Below are positions 47,212-58,340 of a stretch of DNA of 64,000 nucleotides, one piece after another. The DNA lies in IMG/VR virus record IMGVR_UViG_3300025570_000007. One strand, given 5' to 3'. How positions within the stretch are numbered: position 1 is the stretch's first letter; each line of letters opens with the position of its first letter. The stretch comes from a virus. Below the pieces are notes generated by a model, which was not told the DNA's origin, made no database searches, and worked only from the letters and a program-made list of their open reading frames with translations. The position numbers were made by a program, and so were the translations under genes.

Positions 47212-50200
47212 TTAAACTGGTCCCCAGTATTCGAAATGCCATAGTTCATCTGTGCCTGAATTGTCAGATAGTCTCCATGGGTTATAAAATCCGTACTTAG
47301 CACCTATTTCTGCTATTTTCTTATACTTATCGGTTTTTCTTCCTTCTAAGTTCTTAGCTGGATCACCTGATCCGCCTACTAGTACGTTTAAATCTCCTAA
47401 ATCAATGGTTCCTCCCCATCCATGAGCCGATTTTCCTGGTGTTGCTACTGTGTTTTTTTGTTCTAAGGTACCTTGGTGCTTTGTATTTCTGTATGCACTC
47501 GATACTTGGTAGGAAATACCTAAAGCTTTCATCGTTTCCCGCCAGTTTCTCCAAGCTCTGTAGGCTATTGGGTGTAGCATGTACTCAGGAATGTGGTTAG
47601 GATTCATGTACCTCTTTGAAGCGCCTTGATTTTCCCCTATAAACACTAGTACATTAGCATCTGTCTGGTCTAATAGTCCATTTAAGCGGAATTCTGCTCT
47701 TAACTTCTGTGCTAAAGGTGAACTATCGTAACGAGAACTACCTACCTTACCTTTATTTATGATTGGAGCCCAGTCTGTACCTGTATCCGATACAACCTCC
47801 TCTGTAATCGTAGTCTCTGGTGTTTCTTCTGGTATAGTATCTACACTATTTTCTTTATGTGCTACCTTTTCTACTTCAGTTGGCAGTCCTATGTTAAAGA
47901 ATTGAGTCTTTATTGAAGTAATCCACTTATTGTCCTGTATCGAATGTGCTAATCCTGTGATTAAGAATCCAAACTGTGTGGTATATACTTCAGGTAGCAC
48001 ACCTTTCTCTACTAGGAATGCCTGTCCTATCTTTAATCCTCCGATTCCTATAGTATCAAAAGATAACTCTATGGGAATGACCCCTGGTACAGGTTTTTTT
48101 GAAGTCCTTCCTTTAAAATATTCATCAAGTACGTTTATTGAGCAGTACTGCTTATGGTAAGATCTTAAATTATTGAACCCTTCTTTATTGTAATCAGGTG
48201 CTTTGTAAAATTCAATAAAATTATCATCGTGATTGAATTCATCAAAACAATTTTTCACTTCCCTAAACCATTCAAACTTCCTTTTTGCCTCTTCCGCACG
48301 TTGTTTCTCTTTTGAACTATCATCAGCAGTATTTACTACTGTCTTTGCTCGAATGTGCCTATCAATTAGTCCTGAGTTCCATTTTAGAAGTGCTTCTACG
48401 TTCTCTTTATAGTTGTTCCCTGTTCCTTGTGCAGCTATTGATATTTGTGCAGCTATTTCGTTTGATATTTTACTACTAATATTAAGTTTTGATACTGTTG
48501 ACTTAAGCCCTACTAGGTTAATAGAGGCATTATCCGGTAATGATACTCTTGCAGGAGTTATTTTCCTATCTACAATATAGTACAGGTCCTCTACCTCATC
48601 ATAGAATAAATCTAACTCGTTTACTCCTCCTAGTACGTCATTTATACCTGATAGTACTCTTTTCAAGTAACTTGTCATGTTCTGTTGGGACTTGTCCGTA
48701 CTATCTGCGATATCATCTATAATAGATGTTAGGAAATAGACAGATACGTATATATTAAGTATGTCATCAGGCTTTCCCCTCAACTTACCTTCCTTAAAGA
48801 ATTTTGATATGTTATCGTGCACATTCGAAGTTGTAATCTTACCTAAAGAACCTTTTACTGTAATTTCTTTTTGTTCTGTCTTTGATGGAACTACTATCGG
48901 TGTTCCTCCTTTAGTATACACAATTGATTCCTTACTTTCTTTAACCAGTCTACCTTTCTCCTCTATAGGTGCAGATGCTTTAGGAAGTATACATACTAGC
49001 GGGTCTATAGAAAAATGCTTTGGTGATGTTATGTATTTTGCGACACTTTCGTAATCTCCTGTCTTATCTACATCAGTCTGCCCTACGTAGAATTGAATCA
49101 GCTTTTTATTCTCTCCGTTCTTAAGTAATTCATCTTTTTCTGTAGAATCCATAGGTGCAACAAACTTATTGTATACATCTAGCAATGTTCTTAATGTTAT
49201 ATACTGTCCTGAGATATCATCGTTGTCCCAAAAACCTGTATCTTTCATCTCTAACGACACTACATTGACGGAATAGAACTGATCTAAGCGTTTCTTAAAC
49301 TCTTTCGCGGTATCGTTGGATAAGGCTTTATCAGGTCTTTTATCATTGTTAAGAGACGTATAATCCTGTTTACTTTTTTTAGTTAATTCGGTAAAAAATT
49401 TATGAAATACACTTTTTCTTTGAAATCTATCTGTTTCTCTTCCTTCTGCGACATCCAAAGCTATTCCTGCATTGGAAGGATCAAAGGTTATTGCCATAGA
49501 TTCTAATATAGAGCCTTTAGATATTAGAGTCACTGTACAATCGTATCCTCCGTCCTCTCTAAAGTTCCAAGAGAAGTTTTTAACATACCCGTACATAGCA
49601 TCATAGTTATTATCACTAGCTTTTCTAAATTTTGCTAACTGTTCTTCTATATACCTTGTTCTATAATGCCAATTTACAAATTCATCAAAGCCTTTTACTT
49701 CTGAGCGAAGTTCTTGGTTTTCGCTATCTATCCATAAGCTATGTCCCCACTCTAACAGCATAGAGTAGCCCGGTCTTAAATACAGGGCTTGTATTACTTC
49801 TAAATCTTCTAAGGTCCATGCTACTAGTTTAATAGTTGCTTCTCTTAATGTACCGTAAGTGTTTTTTGATTCAACATTTACTGATTCAATACCTGGTGTT
49901 GGCCTGAATCCTAGTGACTGGTAGTTGTGGTATGTATTTGTTCTTAAATCTCCAGGTGTAATAGTACCGTCTTGTGCTACAGTAACAGGGGAGTGGTATT
50001 TATCTGTTGAGATCCCTCCTGATAGGGGTACATTCTTTTTCATACTACCTCCCAGCAGTACATTATTATATGCTAAGTCTCTATTACCTGCTATTAATTT
50101 AGGATCGGTTCCTTCTTGTAATTTTTCAACCTCTTCCTTTGTTAAAGTATCAACGCTAGACATAAGCCTAACCCATGCACCGTTACTGTTCATGTACATT

Positions 50201-50310
50201 AGTTGATCTGAGGTTCTATTAACTGAGCTAAATAGCTTTTCTCTTGCTTTTAGTTGAGCAGCTACTTCAGGAGTGAATCCTGAACCTATAACTTCTTTTC
50301 TTTTTGCCAT
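47212..50310 (-). CDS. Baseplate hub-like protein with C-terminal M15 (VanY-like) peptidase
   Basis: SAYR, SAHGWGGTID, ELWHFEY; position after tail genes. Confidence 0.7.
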   Translation of the reverse strand: MAKRKEVIGSGFTPEVAAQLKAREKLFSSVNRTSDQLMYMNSNGAWVRLMSSVDTLTKEEVEKLQEGTDPKLIAGNRDLAYNNVLLGGSMKKNVPLSGGISTDKYHSPVTVAQDGTITPGDLRTNTYHNYQSLGFRPTPGIESVNVESKNTYGTLREATIKLVAWTLEDLEVIQALYLRPGYSMLLEWGHSLWIDSENQELRSEVKGFDEFVNWHYRTRYIEEQLAKFRKASDNNYDAMYGYVKNFSWNFREDGGYDCTVTLISKGSILESMAITFDPSNAGIALDVAEGRETDRFQRKSVFHKFFTELTKKSKQDYTSLNNDKRPDKALSNDTAKEFKKRLDQFYSVNVVSLEMKDTGFWDNDDISGQYITLRTLLDVYNKFVAPMDSTEKDELLKNGENKKLIQFYVGQTDVDKTGDYESVAKYITSPKHFSIDPLVCILPKASAPIEEKGRLVKESKESIVYTKGGTPIVVPSKTEQKEITVKGSLGKITTSNVHDNISKFFKEGKLRGKPDDILNIYVSVYFLTSIIDDIADSTDKSQQNMTSYLKRVLSGINDVLGGVNELDLFYDEVEDLYYIVDRKITPARVSLPDNASINLVGLKSTVSKLNISSKISNEIAAQISIAAQGTGNNYKENVEALLKWNSGLIDRHIRAKTVVNTADDSSKEKQRAEEAKRKFEWFREVKNCFDEFNHDDNFIEFYKAPDYNKEGFNNLRSYHKQYCSINVLDEYFKGRTSKKPVPGVIPIELSFDTIGIGGLKIGQAFLVEKGVLPEVYTTQFGFLITGLAHSIQDNKWITSIKTQFFNIGLPTEVEKVAHKENSVDTIPEETPETTITEEVVSDTGTDWAPIINKGKVGSSRYDSSPLAQKLRAEFRLNGLLDQTDANVLVFIGENQGASKRYMNPNHIPEYMLHPIAYRAWRNWRETMKALGISYQVSSAYRNTKHQGTLEQKNTVATPGKSAHGWGGTIDLGDLNVLVGGSGDPAKNLEGRKTDKYKKIAEIGAKYGFYNPWRLSDNSGTDELWHFEYWGPV

Positions 50311-50615
50311 TACCTACTATTATTAACATTGTCAAAGTTTTGTAATACCTGGTTCTTATCAGCAGGAATTCTTAACTGTATTCCCGGTGTTATGTTTAAA
50401 GATCCTCTAAAGTAGTTGTTGGCACTTGCTATTATCCACCATAAGGATGAATCGTTGTAGAACTGTTGAGCCAGTACATCGAACCTATCACCAGCTGATG
50501 TAATAACGTAAATGTCATTCTCATTAACAGGTACTTCGGGGTATATAGCATTAGTTCTATAATTTACTCCTTCTGTTGACTTAGTGGTGTCTATATTTTT
50601 ATAACGTCTCGGCAT
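50310..50615 (-). CDS. LysM/tail-X baseplate protein
   Basis: GDRFDVLAQQFY..LWWIIASAN..GIQLRIP. Confidence 0.8.
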   Translation of the reverse strand: MPRRYKNIDTTKSTEGVNYRTNAIYPEVPVNENDIYVITSAGDRFDVLAQQFYNDSSLWWIIASANNYFRGSLNITPGIQLRIPADKNQVLQNFDNVNNSR

Positions 50616-52083
50616 TTGGTATGAAAGGTTTTCTGTTTCCTAGCGGTGTTGGGTTTGTAATGAAAGGTACTTTACCTGTTCTCGGTACAAAGTTATGAAT
50701 TGGTTTAAATGCTATTCCACAATTCATTGTGTGAGGCAGTTCTTGCATGTCGTCATCTGTACTTCCTTCCGGATTCTGCATTGCTATCTCCCAAGAATAG
50801 TCTTTTTGCCAACTATAATTGACACTTTCAAGTATTCCAGGTACTTCGTATATATAATCTCCTACAGTTAGCTTAACTAGTGTACCTCTCATAAAATTAT
50901 TAATATTTGTATAGGTAGGTGCTGTAGCTGATGCTAGATAGGCCATTTTTTGATATAGAGGCTTCATTTCGTCCCTTGAAGCTGCAGATATTATAAATCC
51001 TAGGTTTACATTTCTTGAGAAACCCTGATATGTGTATAAGTCTTCTGCTCTACCTAGATACTTGGTACTATTCCAACTTCCTTGGAAACTATCGTCAAAC
51101 TGTGTAATAAATGCTCTAAAGTATAGGAATTTACTCTCTTCAGGAGTAATTATCTCAAATTTAAACTTTATAAGGTCTCTACTTGCTTTTGTACCGTCAA
51201 TCTTTGTATCCTGTATGGCTAATTTGTTAATCTGGTCTATTGTATCCTCATCTGATACACTATATGTTGTTCTTATTCTAGATACCTTACCTTGGTTACC
51301 TAATCTTATTCTTGTCTCTTTATTTATGGTGTTTTTACCGTAATCTAATGAATAGTAAGAAGTATTACCGTCTTTTCGAAAATCCTGTACCTTTGTACTA
51401 GGCGGGTTAATAGAAGTATCCGCTTTAGAACTACTTATTGATGTACTTCCTGGGATAGGTCCTCCTGTCTGTCCGTTAATGTTGTTTGTATCAAGGTAGT
51501 TGGGTGTTTCACTATCAATCTGAAATTCACTTTCTCTAGTAACTGTAAACTTGTCTGAGGCTTCCTTGTCTCCGAAGTTTGATTGAGCTTCCCCGTTAAT
51601 TATTGCACCTTTTAGTGCAAGCGGGGCTCCCTCTACTCCTCCTCCTCCGAAGAATTGAGCAAACTGTGATCTATTATTACCGTTTAATGGCTGTAGGTAA
51701 GTATCTGTTCTAAATCCTCTTAGGAAATGTGTACCTGTACCGTTTACCGGTATTTGAGCTAATGTTGATCCAGCTACCTTAACTATATTTACTGCTGTCT
51801 TTCCTAATTGACCTATTACACTACCTACTGCTGTTCTATCTTTTTCTAACTTATTCTGTATGTTAGTTTGATTTAAAAGAGCTTCGTGTGCTAGAAACTT
51901 AAACCCCGGTTTACTTATAAGCATTTTTGCTATACGAGAAGTATCATCTATTCGATGTGTTATTTCATTGCTTGTAGCTCCAAATGGTTTAACTACATAA
52001 GGAGTCTCTGTGCCTGTTTCTGCGTACGTTATTGAACGCAGGGCATTCATTTTACCCTCATCGTAGTCTTTTAAAATTCCCAT
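50599..52083 (-). CDS. Baseplate/tube-initiator protein
   Basis: YLGRAEDLYTYQGFSR; context. Confidence 0.6.
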   Translation of the reverse strand: MGILKDYDEGKMNALRSITYAETGTETPYVVKPFGATSNEITHRIDDTSRIAKMLISKPGFKFLAHEALLNQTNIQNKLEKDRTAVGSVIGQLGKTAVNIVKVAGSTLAQIPVNGTGTHFLRGFRTDTYLQPLNGNNRSQFAQFFGGGGVEGAPLALKGAIINGEAQSNFGDKEASDKFTVTRESEFQIDSETPNYLDTNNINGQTGGPIPGSTSISSSKADTSINPPSTKVQDFRKDGNTSYYSLDYGKNTINKETRIRLGNQGKVSRIRTTYSVSDEDTIDQINKLAIQDTKIDGTKASRDLIKFKFEIITPEESKFLYFRAFITQFDDSFQGSWNSTKYLGRAEDLYTYQGFSRNVNLGFIISAASRDEMKPLYQKMAYLASATAPTYTNINNFMRGTLVKLTVGDYIYEVPGILESVNYSWQKDYSWEIAMQNPEGSTDDDMQELPHTMNCGIAFKPIHNFVPRTGKVPFITNPTPLGNRKPFIPNAETL

Positions 52084-52085
52084 TG

Positions 52086-52295
52086 TTATGCTGGTGGGTT
52101 ATCTAAGTACTTGTCTGGTGTTAATCCGTCTAGGTCTAAGCTAGAAGGAGCTTTAGTAATCTCCGGTTTGTTATTAATTGAAGATTGATTATGTAGTGTT
52201 GAACTACCTTTTGCACCTTCTCTTTGGTTCGGTGTTGATCCTTTCAGCCCTAATGTAGACTGTTTTAGTTGATCGTTTAAAATTCCGTTTGACAT
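52086..52295 (-). CDS. Hypothetical protein
   Basis: ORF track. Confidence 0.55.
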   Translation of the reverse strand: MSNGILNDQLKQSTLGLKGSTPNQREGAKGSSTLHNQSSINNKPEITKAPSSLDLDGLTPDKYLDNPPA

Positions 52296-52325
52296 AATTG
52301 TGTTTTTTATTTATTATAAATAGAG

Positions 52326-54773
52326 TTAAGAACTTTTATAAGAGCCCATTACTAAAGCAGAACCTACTTTATTACCGTCTAATATTACATCTCCTCCTTT
52401 TGATACTAGTGCTATTAGTCTATCTAATTTTGCTTCTAGTTTTGCTGTTGACATTGAACCTCCACTTCCTCCACTAAATAGATCTGTTCCTGCTACTACT
52501 GTATCTTTATTATTTAATTGGATACTTCCTTCTGGTCCCGATAATACTCTGTCTCCGTATCCAGCTGGTGATACCATATCATCTGCTGTCATTGCTCTAT
52601 ATCCTGCAAAGGCTGCTCCTGCTGCTGCAACTGCTATTGCAGCTCCTATTCCAAAAGTTAAAGCGGAGTTTGCTAGTAATTCTGCGGCTGCTCTTGCAAC
52701 TGTTTGTGCTAATAGTACTGCTCCTCTTGCTACACTTTTTACCAGTGCTGCACCTTGCATTATCATTGAACCTAATATAGTTTGTTCAAAACCTGCTCTT
52801 ATCGCTGACATTGCATTACCTTCTAACTGCATTGAGTTAGCATATGCTTTTGCTACGTTCTGAAAGCCTAATACAGATAGTATTTTTCCACCTAATCCTA
52901 ATTCTACTACCTTAGAGGTAGTCATTCTTGCTTGAATGGCCATAATAGTTGCCATTGTAGTCTGAGTTGTGTTAAGTATTGCTAGTCCTGTTGCTAAGTA
53001 TCCTACAAATTTACCTACTCCTGTAGCTAATGCTCCTGCTATCATAGTAGTAATGTCTGCTATACCTGATACTATTGGAGTAACTATGTCTAATATAGGT
53101 GCAAATGCTTGTGCTAATTTTCCAAGAGACTTTTGTAACTTCTCTTGAATATTCATCTGTTCCATTTGCTCTACTGTAACACCTCTTGCTGCTGCTTGTT
53201 GTGCTAAGGTAGCATTTTTACTTAGTAACTGCTGTTGAGCCATTTTACCTAGATCATCTCTAGACATTCCAAGTGCTTTTGCTAATGCTTCTTGCTGTAT
53301 CCTATTCATACTAGCAAACTCTGCTGCTGATGCACCATTTCTTGCTAACTCAGCTGATAGTCCTTCTAAGTCATTATTTAAAGCTAATTCTCTTGCCTTG
53401 GCTAAGTTTATATTCTTACCTGTTAGTAGTTGTGCTTCTAATTCGTTTCCTATTGAATCTGCAAAATTCATTAAGCTTGAAGCTATGTCATCTACCTTTG
53501 AAAGTTCTTGCCCTAATGACCGTGCTGCTGCAGCTGCTTTAGCTATTCTTTTAGGATTTCCTCCTAATGAAAGTGCTATACCGTCTGAAGTGTTTAATAC
53601 GTCCTGCATTACTACTCCATGTGCTACAACATTATTATTTAGGTCGTTATATGTATTAGTAGCCTGTACAATACCTTCTTTATAGGCATCTATATTAACT
53701 CCTGCTACTTTACTTCTAATTCCTAATAATCCTGCCTGGTCAGCTGATAAACCTAAAAGGTTTTTAGCCTCAGCCATATTTGCTATATCATCCGGAGAAA
53801 ATATACTGGTTGCTGCTAATCCTGTCTGTTTTGTAAGTTCTGCTGCTTGTTCTAGAAAATCTACTGAGGTCGCTAGTCTTGAATTCATTCCTGAAATTCT
53901 AACTGCATTCTGTCCTGTAAGTCTTCCAAACTCTACAGACGCTTTGTTTACGTCAAGGAAAGCATCAAGTAAAGCTCCGGTAATCACTACCGGGTCTTTT
54001 AAACCTTGTCCGAACCCTCTTATTAAAATACCTAATCCTTTAGCAGAAATTTTCATTCTGTCGAAGAGGTTAGCATTCTCTCCTGCAAGTTTAGATTGAA
54101 GTCTCATTGCTTCTGCAGAATCCTGCATTGCATCGTGGAAGATACCTGAACGCATACCTAAACGTTCCATTAATGCTCCTGTACCTTCTACAAGTGCACC
54201 GGTAACTCCCATATTTTTACTTATGGCCTTCTCTTCTTTCAGTCTTGCTCTTGCGGCTATTACAAGCCTCTTTAGAGCACTTTCTTCATCATTTATTGCA
54301 TGAAGTGCTGCTTCTACTTCGTGATTAATCTTACCTCGTACGGTAGCTGCGGTCTGTAAGAGTTCTAAATTCTGTTTCTCTTGCTTTAGTGCATTATTAT
54401 AAACCTTTACTTTTCTTTGTAGAGCTTCTACCTGTAGTCTAGTTAAATCAGTTATTCCTTGTTCATCGTCCCTAAGCTTTGCGGCTTCTCTCTCTAATCC
54501 TCTAAGTGCACCTCTAACTTTCCCTAACGGTGTAAGCTGTTTTCCAAATTCTGAGGTTATTCCTCTTAATTGTTCGTACAGTCCTGAAGCTGAATTCTCT
54601 AGGTCTTTTACAGCTGCCAGTGCACCATTTATAGCTTTTGTAAGGTTTTCTGTATTAGCTGCTGTAGTAGAAGATATTTTAGTAAGACTTTCTCCTAATC
54701 TTGCCTCTAGTAGGTTAAGTTCGGTTAAAAGCCTTTTTCTTTCTTGAAGATCACTGTTATTCTGTTTAGCCAC
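52326..54773 (-). CDS. Tape measure protein
   Basis: Long Ala/Leu/Gly helical protein following the tube and chaperone genes. Confidence 0.8.
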   Translation of the reverse strand: MAKQNNSDLQERKRLLTELNLLEARLGESLTKISSTTAANTENLTKAINGALAAVKDLENSASGLYEQLRGITSEFGKQLTPLGKVRGALRGLEREAAKLRDDEQGITDLTRLQVEALQRKVKVYNNALKQEKQNLELLQTAATVRGKINHEVEAALHAINDEESALKRLVIAARARLKEEKAISKNMGVTGALVEGTGALMERLGMRSGIFHDAMQDSAEAMRLQSKLAGENANLFDRMKISAKGLGILIRGFGQGLKDPVVITGALLDAFLDVNKASVEFGRLTGQNAVRISGMNSRLATSVDFLEQAAELTKQTGLAATSIFSPDDIANMAEAKNLLGLSADQAGLLGIRSKVAGVNIDAYKEGIVQATNTYNDLNNNVVAHGVVMQDVLNTSDGIALSLGGNPKRIAKAAAAARSLGQELSKVDDIASSLMNFADSIGNELEAQLLTGKNINLAKARELALNNDLEGLSAELARNGASAAEFASMNRIQQEALAKALGMSRDDLGKMAQQQLLSKNATLAQQAAARGVTVEQMEQMNIQEKLQKSLGKLAQAFAPILDIVTPIVSGIADITTMIAGALATGVGKFVGYLATGLAILNTTQTTMATIMAIQARMTTSKVVELGLGGKILSVLGFQNVAKAYANSMQLEGNAMSAIRAGFEQTILGSMIMQGAALVKSVARGAVLLAQTVARAAAELLANSALTFGIGAAIAVAAAGAAFAGYRAMTADDMVSPAGYGDRVLSGPEGSIQLNNKDTVVAGTDLFSGGSGGSMSTAKLEAKLDRLIALVSKGGDVILDGNKVGSALVMGSYKSS

Positions 54774-54810
54774 TGCTTATATAATTTAATATAAATAGTT
54801 AAGGCCCGCA

Positions 54811-55041
54811 TTATTGTCGAGCCTTAGTTGTATAAGTTGGTCCTGTATCAGGTCCTTTTAGTGTTGCACCTTTCTTTTCCGAGAAATTCTTTGCATCTTC
54901 CTGTGCTTCATTCTGTTTTTCGTAAAAAGTATTTAATTTTTGGAAGGTATACTTCCTTAACCATATAGGCATGTTATAAACCGTATCATAATCATATCCT
55001 CCTTTACCATGAAACACTATTTCATGTATTTGTGAGAACAT
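54811..55041 (-). CDS. Tail assembly chaperone, downstream part
   Basis: VYNMPIWLRKY; probably reached by a frameshift. Confidence 0.65.
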   Translation of the reverse strand: MFSQIHEIVFHGKGGYDYDTVYNMPIWLRKYTFQKLNTFYEKQNEAQEDAKNFSEKKGATLKGPDTGPTYTTKARQ

Positions 55042-55048
55042 ATTTACT

Positions 55049-55792
55049 CTATAAGTCGGCGTCAGGCCAAAGAAAGCTTATCCCTAATGGGATACGTACC
55101 CCCCCTTCTGGTCCTCCTTCCGGAAAGAATGTTAAGTCTACATCTGGTTCAACATCGTTGAGGTAATTTCTAAAAGCTCTTGAATCTCTTGCAAGAAACT
55201 CATTATCTACAAAACTTCTTACGTCTGCACGTTCACTACTACCGTCTACAGAAATAAGTTGATGTTTTAACCTTGTTGATAGTTCAGCAGAGGACTCTTT
55301 ATTAATCTTCTTAAGTCCGTTTACCTCTTGTTTTACCTTTTGCTCATCTCCATGAGTTAGAAACTTAAAGGTTAGTGCCCTATTTCCAGTAGGAGTCGTA
55401 TAATTAAACGAATTATCTGTTGCCTCTTCTATATCCTTATGTAAAGTCTTATTATTTACCTTAGTTAGATCTACTACTTGTAGAGATCCTCTATATGTGA
55501 AGTCATAATCCTTTCCATACCCTAGAATACGTGCAGCTACTAGCAGTGCATTAATATCTCCTGAGAATAATTGGCTATAATCGATAGTTTTATCTACAAT
55601 AAGTGCTTGTAGTAACTTATCTACTACTATTCCTTTCTCGATATAGTTCTGATTGGTTAAAATATCCTCTTCTTTAGCTGTCATGTACTTCATTTCGATA
55701 GTACCTGATGAGAGAGGTGAGTCTTTTGGGTAAAGTATTCCTTTTGAAGGTAATTCTACAACTTCCGTAGGGAATTTTTGTGTTTGTTCCAT
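55049..55792 (-). CDS. Tail/baseplate assembly chaperone (T4 gp26-like)
   Basis: ELPSKG, MTAKEEDIL, FLWPD. Confidence 0.7.
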   Translation of the reverse strand: MEQTQKFPTEVVELPSKGILYPKDSPLSSGTIEMKYMTAKEEDILTNQNYIEKGIVVDKLLQALIVDKTIDYSQLFSGDINALLVAARILGYGKDYDFTYRGSLQVVDLTKVNNKTLHKDIEEATDNSFNYTTPTGNRALTFKFLTHGDEQKVKQEVNGLKKINKESSAELSTRLKHQLISVDGSSERADVRSFVDNEFLARDSRAFRNYLNDVEPDVDLTFFPEGGPEGGVRIPLGISFLWPDADL

Positions 55793-55915
55793 AAATCTTA
55801 TTAATCTATAACTTTATCCACTTTACGTGGTGCGAATAATAAATATACGAAGATTAACTTTCTAAAACAACAAAAGCCTGAAGAATCAAGCTTTATGTTA
55901 TATGTTAATGTGCTA

Positions 55916-56401
55916 TTAGTAGTTTAATACGCAGTGATCCATTGCTACTGTCATTGATACTTCAACAACTTCTGGCGAAGACCAGTCAAAGTCTCCTTGA
56001 GTAAATGTTTTTACGTAAGCTCCCTTAATTACCCACTCTCCTACTACGTCCCCAACTGGGCCTAGTATATTGAAGGTAAGATCTTTCTTATAAAAGTCAG
56101 AATACCCTGCTCTTCCTGTTACTGATTCGTAAGATAAACGAGCCCAGTCCATTACTGCTTGAGCTGCTGATGGTGTGATTGGATCGTAAAGTGTCATGTC
56201 CATATCGTTCCACATTCTCTTACCTCTTATCTTACGATAAGTGTTTATGTGGTCAAGAACTACCTCACCATCATCAAATCCAGGAGCTGTTACTTTTTTC
56301 ACCATGAATGAAGGTATATTATCCATATACATGATAAATCTATTTTGAACTCTTGGTTCAAAGGCTCTGAACATTATTTCGTTTGGATCTAGTACTGCCA
56401 T
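55916..56401 (-). CDS. Tail tube protein (gp19-like)
   Basis: Size, sequence and position after the sheath. Confidence 0.85.
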   Translation of the reverse strand: MAVLDPNEIMFRAFEPRVQNRFIMYMDNIPSFMVKKVTAPGFDDGEVVLDHINTYRKIRGKRMWNDMDMTLYDPITPSAAQAVMDWARLSYESVTGRAGYSDFYKKDLTFNILGPVGDVVGEWVIKGAYVKTFTQGDFDWSSPEVVEVSMTVAMDHCVLNY

Positions 56402-56438
56402 TTTCTATTCTTTATTATAAATATCGTTATTTTAAAAA

Positions 56439-58193
56439 TTATCCTGCAAATGTAGCTCCAGTAGGTTCAATTGTGAAGTCAAGTAATATAAATTCAGCAG
56501 TTTTAGCTGGTTGAATAAATATTTGACCTATTAGTTGATTTCTGTCTACAACGTCTGCTGTATTATTCGTATCGTCCATTACCACTCTATAAGCGTAAAG
56601 GCCTTCTCTCTGTACTACTGAGTCAAGGTATGGATTTACTGTTGCTAAGAACTTATTACGAGTTGCTATAGTATTTTGTTCGAATACTAATTTTCTTGCT
56701 TCTTTACCAATGAAATCCTTAATCTCAATTAATAAACGTCTAGCATTTACTCTATCTAAAGCTGATGCCTTAGTTTGTAAAGTCTTTTGTCCGTATACTG
56801 CTATTCCCTGTCCAGGAAATGTTGCAATTGGGTTTACTTTAGCGCTATATAGTGTATCTCTTTGAGTACGGTTTAATTTTCTTTCTGCTTGAATAATTCC
56901 AGGAATTCCTCCTTTAACTAATCCTGCTGGTGCAAACCACGGTGCTGAGTAGTTATCTGTGAAAGCATATACTCCAGGAATTACTGCTGATGGTGGTGCC
57001 CATTCGTCTTTACCTGTTGCTGATCTCATCTGTACCCATGGCCAGTAGGTTGCTGCATAAGAACTGTTAATAGTTGTTGCTTGTGAAGCTGCTTCAGCTA
57101 CTGTCTGTCCATAGTTTGTTAGATCTAGCACTGCTATACAGTCTCCTCTTGATTCTGCAAGAGACACAATTAAATCTATCGGAGTCACATGAGATGCGTT
57201 CTGGTATGCTAATCCTGGTGTAGAGATTATGTTGAATACATATTCTTCTGAATTTCCTAGTAGTGAGATTACGTTTAAGTAATTATCTGCTACTAAGCCT
57301 TGTGTATCGTTATTATCTATACTTCCAAAATAGTTACCCGGTCTATCGCTTGCAAAATTAGTACCCGTAGCGCCTGAGAATGATCCTGAAGATGCTATTG
57401 GTAGTGAAGCTGAGTATGATATTGTATCGGAATCTGTATTAACAGTGATTCCGTCTGTCGATAAGTAAGATAAGGTCGGAGTATTTACTGTAGATACCCT
57501 AACGTAGTTAGATTTATTAACGTACGATCCTGATGTTCTTAGGTATGTTCCGTCTGCTCCTGTTACTAGAGTTTGTGATTGGTTACCTATCATCTTCTCG
57601 ATGTAGTTATCAGTATTAGGATCTAAAGAAATATTATTAAATGTTTCTAAGACCACTTTACTTTTTATAGTATCGTCTCCTCTTCTAATACTTAAAGAAA
57701 AAGTACCTCTTTGATTGTTTATGTTAGATACTTCCCATCTTAGGTTGTCCTCTGTTCCATCAGCTAAAGATCCATCACTATTTTCTCCTCCTGCAAAATT
57801 ATTAAAAATTTCACCTTTACCTAAAGTCTCTAATGCAAAAGCATCGTACACTGTAGATCCAGACTCAATCTTAGTTGCTACTATTCCTGTATCTGTTGCT
57901 GTTGTGAATGACCCTGAAACTACTCTGGTAACTAGTACTGATCCTCCTCCCTGTGAGAAGTAGTTCTTTACTGCTACAGATGTTAGAAATTCGTGCTTTG
58001 TTGATCCTGATGTAAATGTTGTTCCGAATTTCCTTACGTACTCGTTATAAGAGGTAACTAATGTTGGAGTCTCTACCGGTCCTTTTACTGCTGGTCCTAT
58101 AATAGCTGCTCCAGCTTCTACCGCTGCTGGTTGTACGAATGAAATATCGTTTTCTCTTGAGAATACACCTGGAGAGATTATTGATTCTGCCAT
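56439..58193 (-). CDS. Contractile tail sheath protein
   Basis: SPGVFSRE, PWFAPAG, VYGQKTL, RVNARRL. Confidence 0.93.
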   Translation of the reverse strand: MAESIISPGVFSRENDISFVQPAAVEAGAAIIGPAVKGPVETPTLVTSYNEYVRKFGTTFTSGSTKHEFLTSVAVKNYFSQGGGSVLVTRVVSGSFTTATDTGIVATKIESGSTVYDAFALETLGKGEIFNNFAGGENSDGSLADGTEDNLRWEVSNINNQRGTFSLSIRRGDDTIKSKVVLETFNNISLDPNTDNYIEKMIGNQSQTLVTGADGTYLRTSGSYVNKSNYVRVSTVNTPTLSYLSTDGITVNTDSDTISYSASLPIASSGSFSGATGTNFASDRPGNYFGSIDNNDTQGLVADNYLNVISLLGNSEEYVFNIISTPGLAYQNASHVTPIDLIVSLAESRGDCIAVLDLTNYGQTVAEAASQATTINSSYAATYWPWVQMRSATGKDEWAPPSAVIPGVYAFTDNYSAPWFAPAGLVKGGIPGIIQAERKLNRTQRDTLYSAKVNPIATFPGQGIAVYGQKTLQTKASALDRVNARRLLIEIKDFIGKEARKLVFEQNTIATRNKFLATVNPYLDSVVQREGLYAYRVVMDDTNNTADVVDRNQLIGQIFIQPAKTAEFILLDFTIEPTGATFAG

Positions 58194-58340
58194 GTCTTAA
58201 TGAAGTTTATTTTAATGTCTTTAATAAATATCAGATTATTCTACAAACCTTCTGTTAAGTAGTAGGTAGGTATCTGTATATAAATAGGAAGGGAAGATGC
58301 AAAACCCTCCCTTATTAAACTCCAGTACTGTTACTAAGTG

